DNA of 64,000 nt, taken from assembly GCA_050246315.1 (NCBI GenBank), contig JBFWWG010000004.1, forward strand, positions 257,127 through 321,126, given 5' to 3'. The notes beneath the pieces were generated by a model. That model searched no databases. It was given only the letters and a program-made list of their open reading frames with translations, and had not been told where the DNA came from. This DNA comes from Nitrospiraceae bacterium (GTDB lineage Bacteria; Nitrospirota; Nitrospiria; Nitrospirales; Nitrospiraceae). A program made the position numbers and the translations under genes. Position 1 is the first letter of the stretch. Each line of letters opens with the position of its first letter. Below, one piece after another: positions 8,498 to 22,697 of the stretch.

Positions 8498-8607
8498 TTA
8501 GATGATGGCACTAGAAGGCACCTTGCCTGCATTTGACAATCGCCGCCTGAAGTACAGAAAGCAGGATCGACGCGTAACATAGGCTGCGGTGCCTAATGCC
8601 ATCAGGA

Positions 8608-8641
8608 GAAAAAAAGGAATCGGGTGTCTGTTCTCACCCGT
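8608..8641 (-). terminator. Putative intrinsic terminator after the gltBD-TA transcript
   Basis: Minus strand CGGGTG-loop-CACCCG followed by ATTCC and a T7 tract. Confidence 0.4.
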
Positions 8642-8822
8642 CCTCCGGCGGCACTCGCAGCCTCAACGCGCCGCTTGCGTAGGCGAGCCGAAGCGCCTCT
8701 TCGAGCCACGCAAGCCGTTGTGCCGGCGTGGCGAGCAGGGTCGCCGAGAGAAGCTTTTGATTGTCGGCATCCCAGTCCGGCTGCGGTGTCGGTTCTCGGG
8801 GAGGGTTCACGTTGGTCGTCAT
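8634..8822 (-). CDS. Small hypothetical protein, antitoxin-like
   Basis: 62 aa with TPAQRLAWLEEA, resembling small partners of nucleotidyltransferase-type modules. Lies next to a TA pair. Confidence 0.5.
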   Translation of the reverse strand: MTTNVNPPREPTPQPDWDADNQKLLSATLLATPAQRLAWLEEALRLAYASGALRLRVPPEDG

Positions 8823-8895
8823 GGGAGAGAAAGGCCTTGGTCTCCTGCGTCCCATTCATCCTAAGGTGAAGGATCTCCTCCAGCAACGGATCCGC

Positions 8896-9219
8896 TTAGG
8901 ATTTCGTCAGAGGCATCTCCACAAACGTCCCCGGTCGGATTTCTTTCAGATTCTCCTCGATCGCCGGTAGCAGCTCGATGACACGACGAACCTGATTTGT
9001 GGGAAGCACGATGACGGCCAAGCGTTTGCCGGAAAGATTCTGCTGGAAACGGACCTTCTGATCCGCAGTGACCAGCACGTCAAACTGCGCCTCAGCCCGG
9101 CGCAGCAACTCCCCGTTTTTGATTCCCGCCCATCCCATGTCCTGAACTGTCCGGATGGCAAGGTGCCCGAGGCGCTTTTGCACCACGTGAGGCACTGACT
9201 CATCGAGCAGAATGTTCAA
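8896..9219 (-). CDS. DUF5615 PIN-like toxin (VapC45-like)
   Basis: MNILLDESVP, GWAGIKNGELL, VLVTADQ. Confidence 0.85.
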   Translation of the reverse strand: MNILLDESVPHVVQKRLGHLAIRTVQDMGWAGIKNGELLRRAEAQFDVLVTADQKVRFQQNLSGKRLAVIVLPTNQVRRVIELLPAIEENLKEIRPGTFVEMPLTKS

Positions 9220-9457
9220 GCGGACTTCGCGAGCTTCAGAAGAGTGGCCTTGGAGAATTCCAACACTTGGATCGCATGCTGGCGGGTGACGGTAGGGAAA
9301 TTGCTCAGAAATTCATCGAGGGACAGGCCGGCTTCGAGGTTGGTAAGGAGTGCCTCTACGGGGACACGGGTGCCTTTGAACACGGGAGTTCCACTGACAA
9401 CCTCCGGATCGATGGTGATCGGGAGCTGTTTGAATTCTTTTTCGTCAATGGCGAGAT

Positions 9458-9461
<4 letters not shown>
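9216..9461 (-). CDS. DUF433 antitoxin (VapB45-like)
   Basis: IDPEVVSGTPVFKGTRVPV...G.SLDEFL.NFP.VT. Overlaps the toxin start by 4 bp. Confidence 0.9.
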
Positions 9462-10888
<1,427 letters not shown>

Positions 10889-10909
10889 ATCCGTGTATCC
10901 TAAGTACAG

Positions 10910-11004
10910 TGCTGAGTGTAGTCAGTGCTGAGTGTTGAGCCCTGAGCAGCGTCAATGGTCATTCGTCAATCGGACGAAATGTCCTTTACGATTGACGGAT
11001 GACG
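10910..11004. repeat. Heptamer-unit intergenic repeats (TGCTGAG units plus a CGTCAAT/ATTGACG hairpin)
   Basis: TGCTGAG-like units at 10910, 10926, 10933, 10940. CGTCAAT-like units at 10950-10970, inverted at 10991-11004. Confidence 0.7.
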
Positions 11005-11010
11005 CGTAAC

Positions 11011-15552
<4,542 letters not shown>

Positions 15553-15572
15553 AGACGGATGATCTATCCTCT

Positions 15573-15596
15573 TCAAAAGGCGGGAGATTTCTTCAT
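15573..15596 (-). CDS. Candidate 7-aa leader uORF MKKSPAF
   Basis: GGAGG SD 7 nt before the ATG. Its TGA overlaps the in-frame TTG of gltB (TTGA). Confidence 0.4.
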   Translation of the reverse strand: MKKSPAF

Positions 15597-15678
15597 GACG
15601 CTCCTCCGAGACACGTCAACCCGCCTCATCCTCGGGCCCTCGTGTCTGAGGCGAACCTACCTGTCCAGGATGAGCAAG

Positions 15679-15708
15679 AACTTACTGGATGGCGCGCGAA
15701 ACTGTCAA
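15679..15708 (-). promoter_or_regulatory. Putative sigma70 promoter of gltBD
   Basis: TTGACA-N18-TAAGTT on the minus strand. Confidence 0.6.
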
Positions 15709-15792
15709 GGGAACAGCCGACGACCAGGTACTCCAATCCTCCTCCCCAATTGCCTGGTTTTCTGTTTACCCTCCCGCATCTCCAGGATAGCT

Positions 15793-18700
15793 TCATTCGC
15801 GGCACATCACGGTCGTCCCGCTCGGTCGGCCGAGCGGTTCCAGATCCTTGACGGTCAACGTCACCACCCCAAACTGTTCCTCAACGACCCCGCATACGAC
15901 ATAGGGATGATTAGGAAACAGGAGATGGCAACAGCGACGGTAGACCTGGGGAAACAGCGTGGCGTCATAGAGCGCCGTCTGGTCCTCGAACGTGGCAAAT
16001 TCCATCGGCAGCCCGTTTTTGGTCTCGGCGAATTTTTCGGTGATCAGCAACCCGACCATCGTGACAGGCCGCCCTACAAAGCGCGCCATCGCCGAACCAG
16101 GGATCGCGCCCAATCGTTCGACCTGCGCGCGATAGAGGTCCAACGGATGAATGCTCACAGGAAATCCCAGCGTCTCGATCTCATGCGCCAGCTTCCGCGG
16201 CGGCGCATACTCTTCCGGGATGGGCAATGGCCCCGCGCCCGAGCATCCCGCGTACAACCGCCACAGCAAGGCGGGGCGCGTCAGCTCGCCGGCCAGGGAA
16301 TCGCAGCAGCCGGACCGGATCAAGGCCCGCGCCTCTCCCCGATCCGGCTTCACCCGGAAGAGGAACTCCTGAAAGGACCGGAACGGACCGTCTTTCATTC
16401 GTCCCTCCACGATCCGCCGTCCCGTCGTTTCGGCTAACGCTTTGATCTGCATCAAGCCCATCCGGATCGTCCATGCCTTGCCGGTATAGCCCCAGTCGCT
16501 GGCGTTGACGTCCGGCGGCAGGATCGCCAATCCCATCCGCCGCGCCTCCGATAGATACGCAAAGGTGGAATAGAAGCCACCCTGATTGCTGATGACCGCC
16601 GCCATGAACTCGGCAGGATAATGAACGCGCAGGTAGGCCGATTTGAAAGACACCTGCGCGTAGCTGGCCGAATGGGGCTTGCAGAAACTATAGCCCGCAA
16701 AGCTCATGATCATGCTCCAGAGCGCCGCAATTGGCTGTGCGGGCAGGCCGTTTCGTTCCGCGCCCTCGCAAAACTGAATGTGGTAGTCGTGGAGCTGTTT
16801 CTGCTTGTGCTTCTTGCTCAGAACCTTGCGAAGCTGGTCGGCGTCCTCGACCGAAAAATCCGCGACCGCCATCGCCACCTTCGTGACATCCTCCTGATAG
16901 ACCATGATGCCGTACGTCTCGTCCAGGATCGCGCCGAGCCGCGGATGCCACGGTTGGTAGGGCGCCCCCTGCGCGCGCCGGATGAACGCGTTGATGAACG
17001 GATTCGCCGCCGGCCGTACGAGCGAGGAGACGATCACCAAATTGTCGAACACGTCGAGCTGCGCCAATCTGGAGGCCGGCATGCCGCCCCACAGTTTTTT
17101 CAACAACAGCCTGGTCGCCGGCGACTCGATGTAAAAACAGCCGATCGTGTCGCCGCGTCGAATCACTTCTTGCGTGGCGGCGTCGCGCAGCGGGTCCCAG
17201 GTCGTCTCGTCGATCGTGCGCCCGTGGTGTCGGGCGACTGCCGCCAGCGTGTCACGGATCACCGCCAACGATCGGTTCCCCAACAGGTCAATCTTGACCA
17301 GTCCGGCTTCCTCTGTCTGGTCCTTCTCCCATTGAATGACCGGCACACCTTTAGCCGCGATCTCCACCGGCACGTATCGCCGGATCTCGTCCGGCACGAT
17401 GACCACACCTCCGCAATGCACCGATAGATGCCGCAGGTGCTCCTGGACCTGTACCGCCAGCCGTAGAATGTCGGGCCAGGGGGGAGCCAGCCGAAGATCC
17501 CGGCTGAGACGAACCGTCCAATCCCCGTTCGTGTCCTCGCCCTCGGCGGCCGCCCGGTCCTCGGCATCGAACACATCCTTCCGGCGCGACACCAGCGACG
17601 ACACCCGTTTGATCTCCTCGGCCGGCATGCCGTAGACCTTCGCCACTTCGCGCAGCGACGCCCGCCATCCGAGTGTGTTCTGATTCGCCACCATCGCGGC
17701 CTGCCTGGCTCCGTATTGTTCGAACACCCAATTCACAATGCGGTCCCGTTCATCCCAGGGAAAATCGATGTCGATGTCCGGAGGATCTTGGCGACCCGGA
17801 TTCAAGAACCGCTCAAAGAAGAGGTTGTGCCGAATCGGGTCCACCTGGGTGATCTGCAAACAGTACGAGACAATCGACGCCGCAACCGACCCGCGCCCGC
17901 AAGTGCGCGCCGCCTGCTTGACGATTTCCTCCACGATGAGAAAGTAATGCGCAAACCCTTTGCGCCGAATGATGTCGAGTTCCTTCTCGATGCGGCCACG
18001 GACCTCAGGAGACAGCAGACCGCCATACCGGACGCGCGCCCCGTCGTAGGTCTTCCGGCGCAACAGGGCGCAGGCCTCGTCATCCGACAGAGCGCGAAAC
18101 GTCGGGAAGATCGTGTCGCGAAAGGCCCACTCGCTATGACAGGCTTCTGCAATATGCAGACTGTTCGCCAAGGCGTCGGGCACGTGCGGGAAGTGACGGG
18201 CCATCGCCGGCGGCGGCATGAGCCACTGGGTCGGCGCGCAACAGGCGTCCGGCGCCAGCCGCGAGAGCGTGGTATTCAACGCGATGGCCCGCAACAGGCG
18301 ATGGACGGCAAATTCCTCCGGCCGCACACAATACACCCGGTTCGTTGCGACCGGCGGCAGGCCCAGGCGGCGGCTCACCAGCAGCGCCTGATGCATCGCG
18401 GGACCGGGCGTCAGTTCCACATAGAGGTCCTGGCGGGATTGACCAGTCCAGGCGATCAACGCCTGTTCATGATCGGTCAGCAGGATCAGGCCGGTCCGGC
18501 GGGCGGCTACTGATGCAATGAAATCAAACGACGGATCGCAATGGCGATCGGAGAGCAGCCGACAGAGGTTCGCGTACCCCTCCGGCGTTTTCGCCAAGAG
18601 CACCGCTCGATGCGTGGCCGTCGCCAGTTCGGCGCCGAGGATCGGGCGCAGTCCGGCCCGGCGGGCGACCTCCACAAATCGAACGACTCCATACAGCCCA

Positions 18701-18828
18701 TTGGTATCGGTCAGCGCCAGCGCACTCGCTCCCTGCGCGCGGGTCGATTTGCACAATTCGGTGACCGAGGAAACCCCCTGCATGGGCGAATAGTCCGAAT
18801 GCACGTGCAGATGAACGAACTCGGCCAT
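15793..18828 (-). CDS. dnaE2: Error-prone DNA polymerase III alpha, DnaE2/ImuC
   Basis: PHP HLHVHSDYS, GRGS, PPDIDIDF, HCGGVV, YSFCKPHS. Short C-terminus. Directly downstream of imuB. Confidence 0.9.
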   Translation of the reverse strand: MAEFVHLHVHSDYSPMQGVSSVTELCKSTRAQGASALALTDTNGLYGVVRFVEVARRAGLRPILGAELATATHRAVLLAKTPEGYANLCRLLSDRHCDPSFDFIASVAARRTGLILLTDHEQALIAWTGQSRQDLYVELTPGPAMHQALLVSRRLGLPPVATNRVYCVRPEEFAVHRLLRAIALNTTLSRLAPDACCAPTQWLMPPPAMARHFPHVPDALANSLHIAEACHSEWAFRDTIFPTFRALSDDEACALLRRKTYDGARVRYGGLLSPEVRGRIEKELDIIRRKGFAHYFLIVEEIVKQAARTCGRGSVAASIVSYCLQITQVDPIRHNLFFERFLNPGRQDPPDIDIDFPWDERDRIVNWVFEQYGARQAAMVANQNTLGWRASLREVAKVYGMPAEEIKRVSSLVSRRKDVFDAEDRAAAEGEDTNGDWTVRLSRDLRLAPPWPDILRLAVQVQEHLRHLSVHCGGVVIVPDEIRRYVPVEIAAKGVPVIQWEKDQTEEAGLVKIDLLGNRSLAVIRDTLAAVARHHGRTIDETTWDPLRDAATQEVIRRGDTIGCFYIESPATRLLLKKLWGGMPASRLAQLDVFDNLVIVSSLVRPAANPFINAFIRRAQGAPYQPWHPRLGAILDETYGIMVYQEDVTKVAMAVADFSVEDADQLRKVLSKKHKQKQLHDYHIQFCEGAERNGLPAQPIAALWSMIMSFAGYSFCKPHSASYAQVSFKSAYLRVHYPAEFMAAVISNQGGFYSTFAYLSEARRMGLAILPPDVNASDWGYTGKAWTIRMGLMQIKALAETTGRRIVEGRMKDGPFRSFQEFLFRVKPDRGEARALIRSGCCDSLAGELTRPALLWRLYAGCSGAGPLPIPEEYAPPRKLAHEIETLGFPVSIHPLDLYRAQVERLGAIPGSAMARFVGRPVTMVGLLITEKFAETKNGLPMEFATFEDQTALYDATLFPQVYRRCCHLLFPNHPYVVCGVVEEQFGVVTLTVKDLEPLGRPSGTTVMCRE

Positions 18829-18884
18829 TGCGTCCCTGCCCGTTGATCAACCGAGACATCCTCTGTCCTGTGTCGTCCCCGGTT

Positions 18885-20069
18885 TCATGTCGTGCGTCCC
18901 CACCGAATCGCCCGCTCGCCGAACCGGTCGCGGAGTGCATCGAGCGTCACACAGAGCCGTTGCCGCCGTGCCCACCGAATCTGCTCGGCAACCGGCCGGA
19001 GATCGAACAATGTCAGTTGCTCCGCCGGCGGCCCCACCTGCTCCGCTCGCAGAATGATCCGTTGCACGCACACTCGCCGTCGCACGCACCGGAAGAACAG
19101 CGTCGTGAGCGCCGGCAGCAGGTCCATTTCCCAGCAGGTCCCGCCCACCACCCGATCGGCGTAGACCTCCTGCTGATCGCGATACCGCACGATCAGCGCC
19201 AGACGCCGACAGACCCGCTGTTGCCGTCGCAACGTCCGGCACAGATATTCGATGCCTGTGCAGCAACGTCCCAACAGAACCTGATCATCGATCTGTTCCG
19301 GGTCGAGCGCGCACGACCATTCAAGAGCCGGCTGCGTCGCCGGCGGATGCACGGGCGACGGATCGATCCCCTGCGCCCACTCATGCAGCAGTCTAGCGGT
19401 CGGCCCCATGGCACGTTCAAGCGCCGGCAGCGATACCTCGGCAATGGCGCCCAGTGTGCGCAGATTCAAGTCGTCCAGCAGGGCACGCACACGGGAGGCA
19501 TGACGGCGCTGCAACCCGGGCAGTAAGTCGGGCGAGAGCGGTGCAAGGAATGCCCGCTCGGCATGGGACTCGACGTGATGGAGTTGCGGTGGTCGCTCCA
19601 GCGTCATGGCCGCAAGGTGCGCGACGAGCTTGCTGCCGGCGATTCCGATTACGCCCGCGAGGCGGTGCCGTCGCGCCACTTCCCGCTCGACGCGGGCGGC
19701 GGCGTCCACCGTCGGACCATGGAGGCGGGTCGTACCGGTCAAATCCAGGAACAACGAGCCGGGCCGGACCGGTTCCCACAGAGGCGTAAATTCGGCCAAC
19801 AGATTTTGCAGCCGGCCATGCGCCGTGCGCAGGTGAAGGGGGTCCGACAATACAATTCGCAACGAGGGACAGAGGTGCCGCGCGAGATCGACCGTCATGC
19901 CGGGAAACAGCCCTTCGGCGAGCGCCTCATGAGACACTTCGCACAGCCTGGCGCGAGGCCTCTGCATCGGCGCCGTGGCGACGGGTCTGCCGTTCAGCGA
20001 TGCATCATCCGCTCGCGCCAGCGCAATGCCGAACAAGGGCACGTGAAAACACAGGATCTGCCGTTCCAT
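18885..20069 (-). CDS. imuB: Catalytically degenerate Y-family polymerase, ImuB-like
   Basis: Y-family layout (GLFPGMT, FLDLTG, GIAGSKLVA) lacking the acidic D..F and DE motifs. Clamp motif QLTLF and DALRDRFG. Confidence 0.8.
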   Translation of the reverse strand: MERQILCFHVPLFGIALARADDASLNGRPVATAPMQRPRARLCEVSHEALAEGLFPGMTVDLARHLCPSLRIVLSDPLHLRTAHGRLQNLLAEFTPLWEPVRPGSLFLDLTGTTRLHGPTVDAAARVEREVARRHRLAGVIGIAGSKLVAHLAAMTLERPPQLHHVESHAERAFLAPLSPDLLPGLQRRHASRVRALLDDLNLRTLGAIAEVSLPALERAMGPTARLLHEWAQGIDPSPVHPPATQPALEWSCALDPEQIDDQVLLGRCCTGIEYLCRTLRRQQRVCRRLALIVRYRDQQEVYADRVVGGTCWEMDLLPALTTLFFRCVRRRVCVQRIILRAEQVGPPAEQLTLFDLRPVAEQIRWARRQRLCVTLDALRDRFGERAIRWGRTT

Positions 20070-20101
20070 GCACGGACCATGGACTGTTTTCGTTCTGCCT
20101 G

Positions 20102-20141
20102 GATGTATCCAATGGTTACATCGCGGTGAGACGGCTGTCAA
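20102..20141 (-). promoter_or_regulatory. imuB-dnaE2 promoter with overlapping palindromic operator
   Basis: TTGACA at 20141-20136. Palindrome GATGTATCCAATGGTTACATC (20102-20122) covers the -10 position. Confidence 0.6.
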
Positions 20142-20279
20142 GACGAACATCACGGGCGGACCCCGGCCAAAATCGAGTCGCAAGAACAACGGCGGGCACG
20201 ACTTCCCGGATCATACGGTGCCTCGCGCGTTCGGCGAGAGATTCGAGCACATGAAGTCCGGAACATCGGCCTGTGCAAC

Positions 20280-20308
20280 TTGACTTGCCCTGCTCCCTGG
20301 CCTACTAT
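20280..20308 (+). promoter_or_regulatory. Putative sigma70 promoter, near-leaderless
   Basis: TTGACT-N17-TACTAT, 8 nt before ATG 20317. Confidence 0.6.
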
Positions 20309-20316
20309 CACGCGCC

Positions 20317-21321
20317 ATGTCGGATCAGCCGTCCATTTCCACGATCCAGACAATGGCCGATGTCTGGGACGCCTACCGTGCCGAACTCCAGGGCGTCGAA
20401 GAGCAAATCCACAAAAATCTCAATTCTCCGGTCGTCCTCGTCAACACCGTCGCCGGCCATATCCTGAGCAGCGGCGGCAAGCGGGTGCGGCCCTTGCTTT
20501 TATTGCTCTGTGCCCGTCTCTGCGGCTATACCGGGACGGACCACCATCTGCTCGGCTGCCTGGTGGAATATATCCACACCGCCACCCTGCTCCACGACGA
20601 TGTGGTGGACGACGCCGACCTGCGCCGCGGACGCCGGACGGCCCGCCGCGTGTGGGGTAACCAGATCAGCATTCTGGTCGGCGATTACCTCTATTCCAAG
20701 GCCATGCGGCAGATCGTGGATTTTCGCAGCCATACCGTGAATGAAGTATTGGCGGACGCCTGTTGGAAGATGGCGGAGGGCGAGGTCCTGCAGTTGTATT
20801 ACAACGGCAACCCCTCAATGCCTGAAACCGACTATCTGCGGATCGTCGAGCACAAGACCGCCGGCCTTATCGCAGCGGCCTGCCGCATGGGCGCCATCAT
20901 TGCGGACGCCTCCCCGGCCCATCAGACGGCCCTGTTCCGGTTCGGCCAACACCTGGGTATCGCGTTTCAGGTGGCGGACGACACCCTTGATTACACGGCG
21001 AACGGCGACTGTTTAGGCAAGGCCCTCGGGCAGGACCTACGACAAGGCAAGGCCACGCTGCCGTTGTTGCATCTATTGGGGCATTGTTCCGAATCCGACA
21101 GGAGCATGATCAAGGATCGGATGGAGACGCGTTCCCTGACGGACCAAGACCTCGTCCGCATCATCGGGCTCATGCATCAATACGGCTCGATCGTCTATGC
21201 GATGGATCGGGCCCGTCGTTTCGTGGACGTCGCCATCTCCGACCTCGACCAATTTGAAGACGGCACCCCCAAACGCGCGCTGATGGTTGCGGCCGAGTAC
21301 ATGGTGACGCGCGACCGGTAA
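20317..21321 (+). CDS. Trans-polyprenyl diphosphate synthase (IspB-like)
   Basis: GGKRVRP, LLHDDVVD...RRG, KTA, AFQVADDTLD, GKATLP. Confidence 0.92.
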   Translation: MSDQPSISTIQTMADVWDAYRAELQGVEEQIHKNLNSPVVLVNTVAGHILSSGGKRVRPLLLLLCARLCGYTGTDHHLLGCLVEYIHTATLLHDDVVDDADLRRGRRTARRVWGNQISILVGDYLYSKAMRQIVDFRSHTVNEVLADACWKMAEGEVLQLYYNGNPSMPETDYLRIVEHKTAGLIAAACRMGAIIADASPAHQTALFRFGQHLGIAFQVADDTLDYTANGDCLGKALGQDLRQGKATLPLLHLLGHCSESDRSMIKDRMETRSLTDQDLVRIIGLMHQYGSIVYAMDRARRFVDVAISDLDQFEDGTPKRALMVAAEYMVTRDR

Positions 21322-21371
21322 CCCTCCGCCCGCTGCAGCGATCCGACAGAGCGACCCGACAAAGGAGTTCC

Positions 21372-22697
21372 ATGGCACACGTCCTCCCCTTTCGAGGTGT
21401 TCATTTCGACCAGGCGCGTCTCGGGAACATCCGAGATCTGGTGGCACCACCCTATGACGTCATCGATGGAGCCGGCCAGAAAGCGCTGCACGATCGCCAT
21501 CCCAACAACGTCATCCGGTTGGAGCTGGGGTTCGAGCAGGCGGGCGATTCGGAAACGGATAACCGCTATACCCGCGCCGCTCGGGCTCTACGAGATTGGC
21601 AGGAACAGAACGTGCTCAAGCGGGACGCCTCTCCCTGTATGTACTTGTACCGGCTGACCTATCGAACGCCGGAACGAGGCTCGTCCACCACAAAAACGCT
21701 GAGCGGGTTCCTGGCCAACTTCAAACTGGCCGAACTCGACTCGGGGGAGATCTACCCGCATGAAAATACCCGGGCCGCAGCCAAGACGGACCGGCTCCGG
21801 TTACTCGAAGCCTGCCGGGCGAATTTCAGCCCGATCTGGTCCCTCTATTCCGACCCGGAGGAGGCCGTGAGCGGCCTTTTTGAACGAGCCGTTTCCGGGC
21901 AATCGCCGCGCACCGACTTCCACGACGAGGTCGGAGACCAACACAGTCTCTGGGTCATCGACAATCCCGACATATTGCGACAGGTGGCGGAGGCGATGCG
22001 CCCGCGTCCGTTATACATTGCTGACGGGCACCACCGCTATGAAACAGCCTTAAACTATCAGCGCCTGCGCCGCCAACAGGACGGGCCTTCGCCGGGACTT
22101 CAGCCTCACGATCAGGTCCTCATGTTGTTCTCCCGGCTGGAAGATCCGGGGTTGACCGTGCTGCCCACCCATCGCGTGTTGACCAAGCCGATGCCGCCGA
22201 CGCCACAACTCCGGACCATGCTGGAACCCTGGTTCGAAATTGTGCCGTTTCCCTTGGAGAGAACGGCGGAAGAAGCGGTACGGACAACATTTCTCCAGGC
22301 TATGCGCAACCGGGGGCGGACCAACCCTTGCTTCGGCCTGGCCGTTCGAGGTGGACTGGAGTATTGGCTCCTGATCCAACGTCCGGAGCATCGACTTCCG
22401 GACACGGCCTCGCCGCGCGATCGGTTGGATGTTTCAATCCTGCAGCTACAGGTGATCACGAAACTCTGTCCCACCCAACAGGACCTGGAGTCCATCGTCT
22501 ACACGAAAGACGAGTATGAGGCGCTCGATTGGGTCGCCAAGGGCACCGCGGAGGGCGCGCTGCTCCTGAATGCCACGAAGGTCGATGAGGTGCGGGCGGT
22601 GGCCGTTGCCGGGGAGCGAATGCCGCACAAGTCCACCTATTTCTATCCCAAGCCCGTGACAGGTCTTGTCCTGCACGTGATGGAGGACCGGGGGTGA
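21372..22697 (+). CDS. DUF1015 family protein
   Basis: APPYDVI, IYPHENT, IADGHHRYETA, MPHKSTYFYPK. Confidence 0.88.
   Translation: MAHVLPFRGVHFDQARLGNIRDLVAPPYDVIDGAGQKALHDRHPNNVIRLELGFEQAGDSETDNRYTRAARALRDWQEQNVLKRDASPCMYLYRLTYRTPERGSSTTKTLSGFLANFKLAELDSGEIYPHENTRAAAKTDRLRLLEACRANFSPIWSLYSDPEEAVSGLFERAVSGQSPRTDFHDEVGDQHSLWVIDNPDILRQVAEAMRPRPLYIADGHHRYETALNYQRLRRQQDGPSPGLQPHDQVLMLFSRLEDPGLTVLPTHRVLTKPMPPTPQLRTMLEPWFEIVPFPLERTAEEAVRTTFLQAMRNRGRTNPCFGLAVRGGLEYWLLIQRPEHRLPDTASPRDRLDVSILQLQVITKLCPTQQDLESIVYTKDEYEALDWVAKGTAEGALLLNATKVDEVRAVAVAGERMPHKSTYFYPKPVTGLVLHVMEDRG

Noticed and set aside
8516..8531. Sigma54 promoter (GG-N10-GC)
   Set aside because: Poor match to TGGCAC-N4-TTGC and no credible plus-strand gene downstream.
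15597..15660. Canonical glnA (glutamine-I) riboswitch
   Set aside because: Only loose resemblance. The conserved GGAAGTA/GAAGGAACG-type core is not present, so it is reported as an unclassified leader instead.
18847..18888. 13-codon ORF between imuB and dnaE2
   Set aside because: It has an ATGA overlap but no other support and is likely chance.
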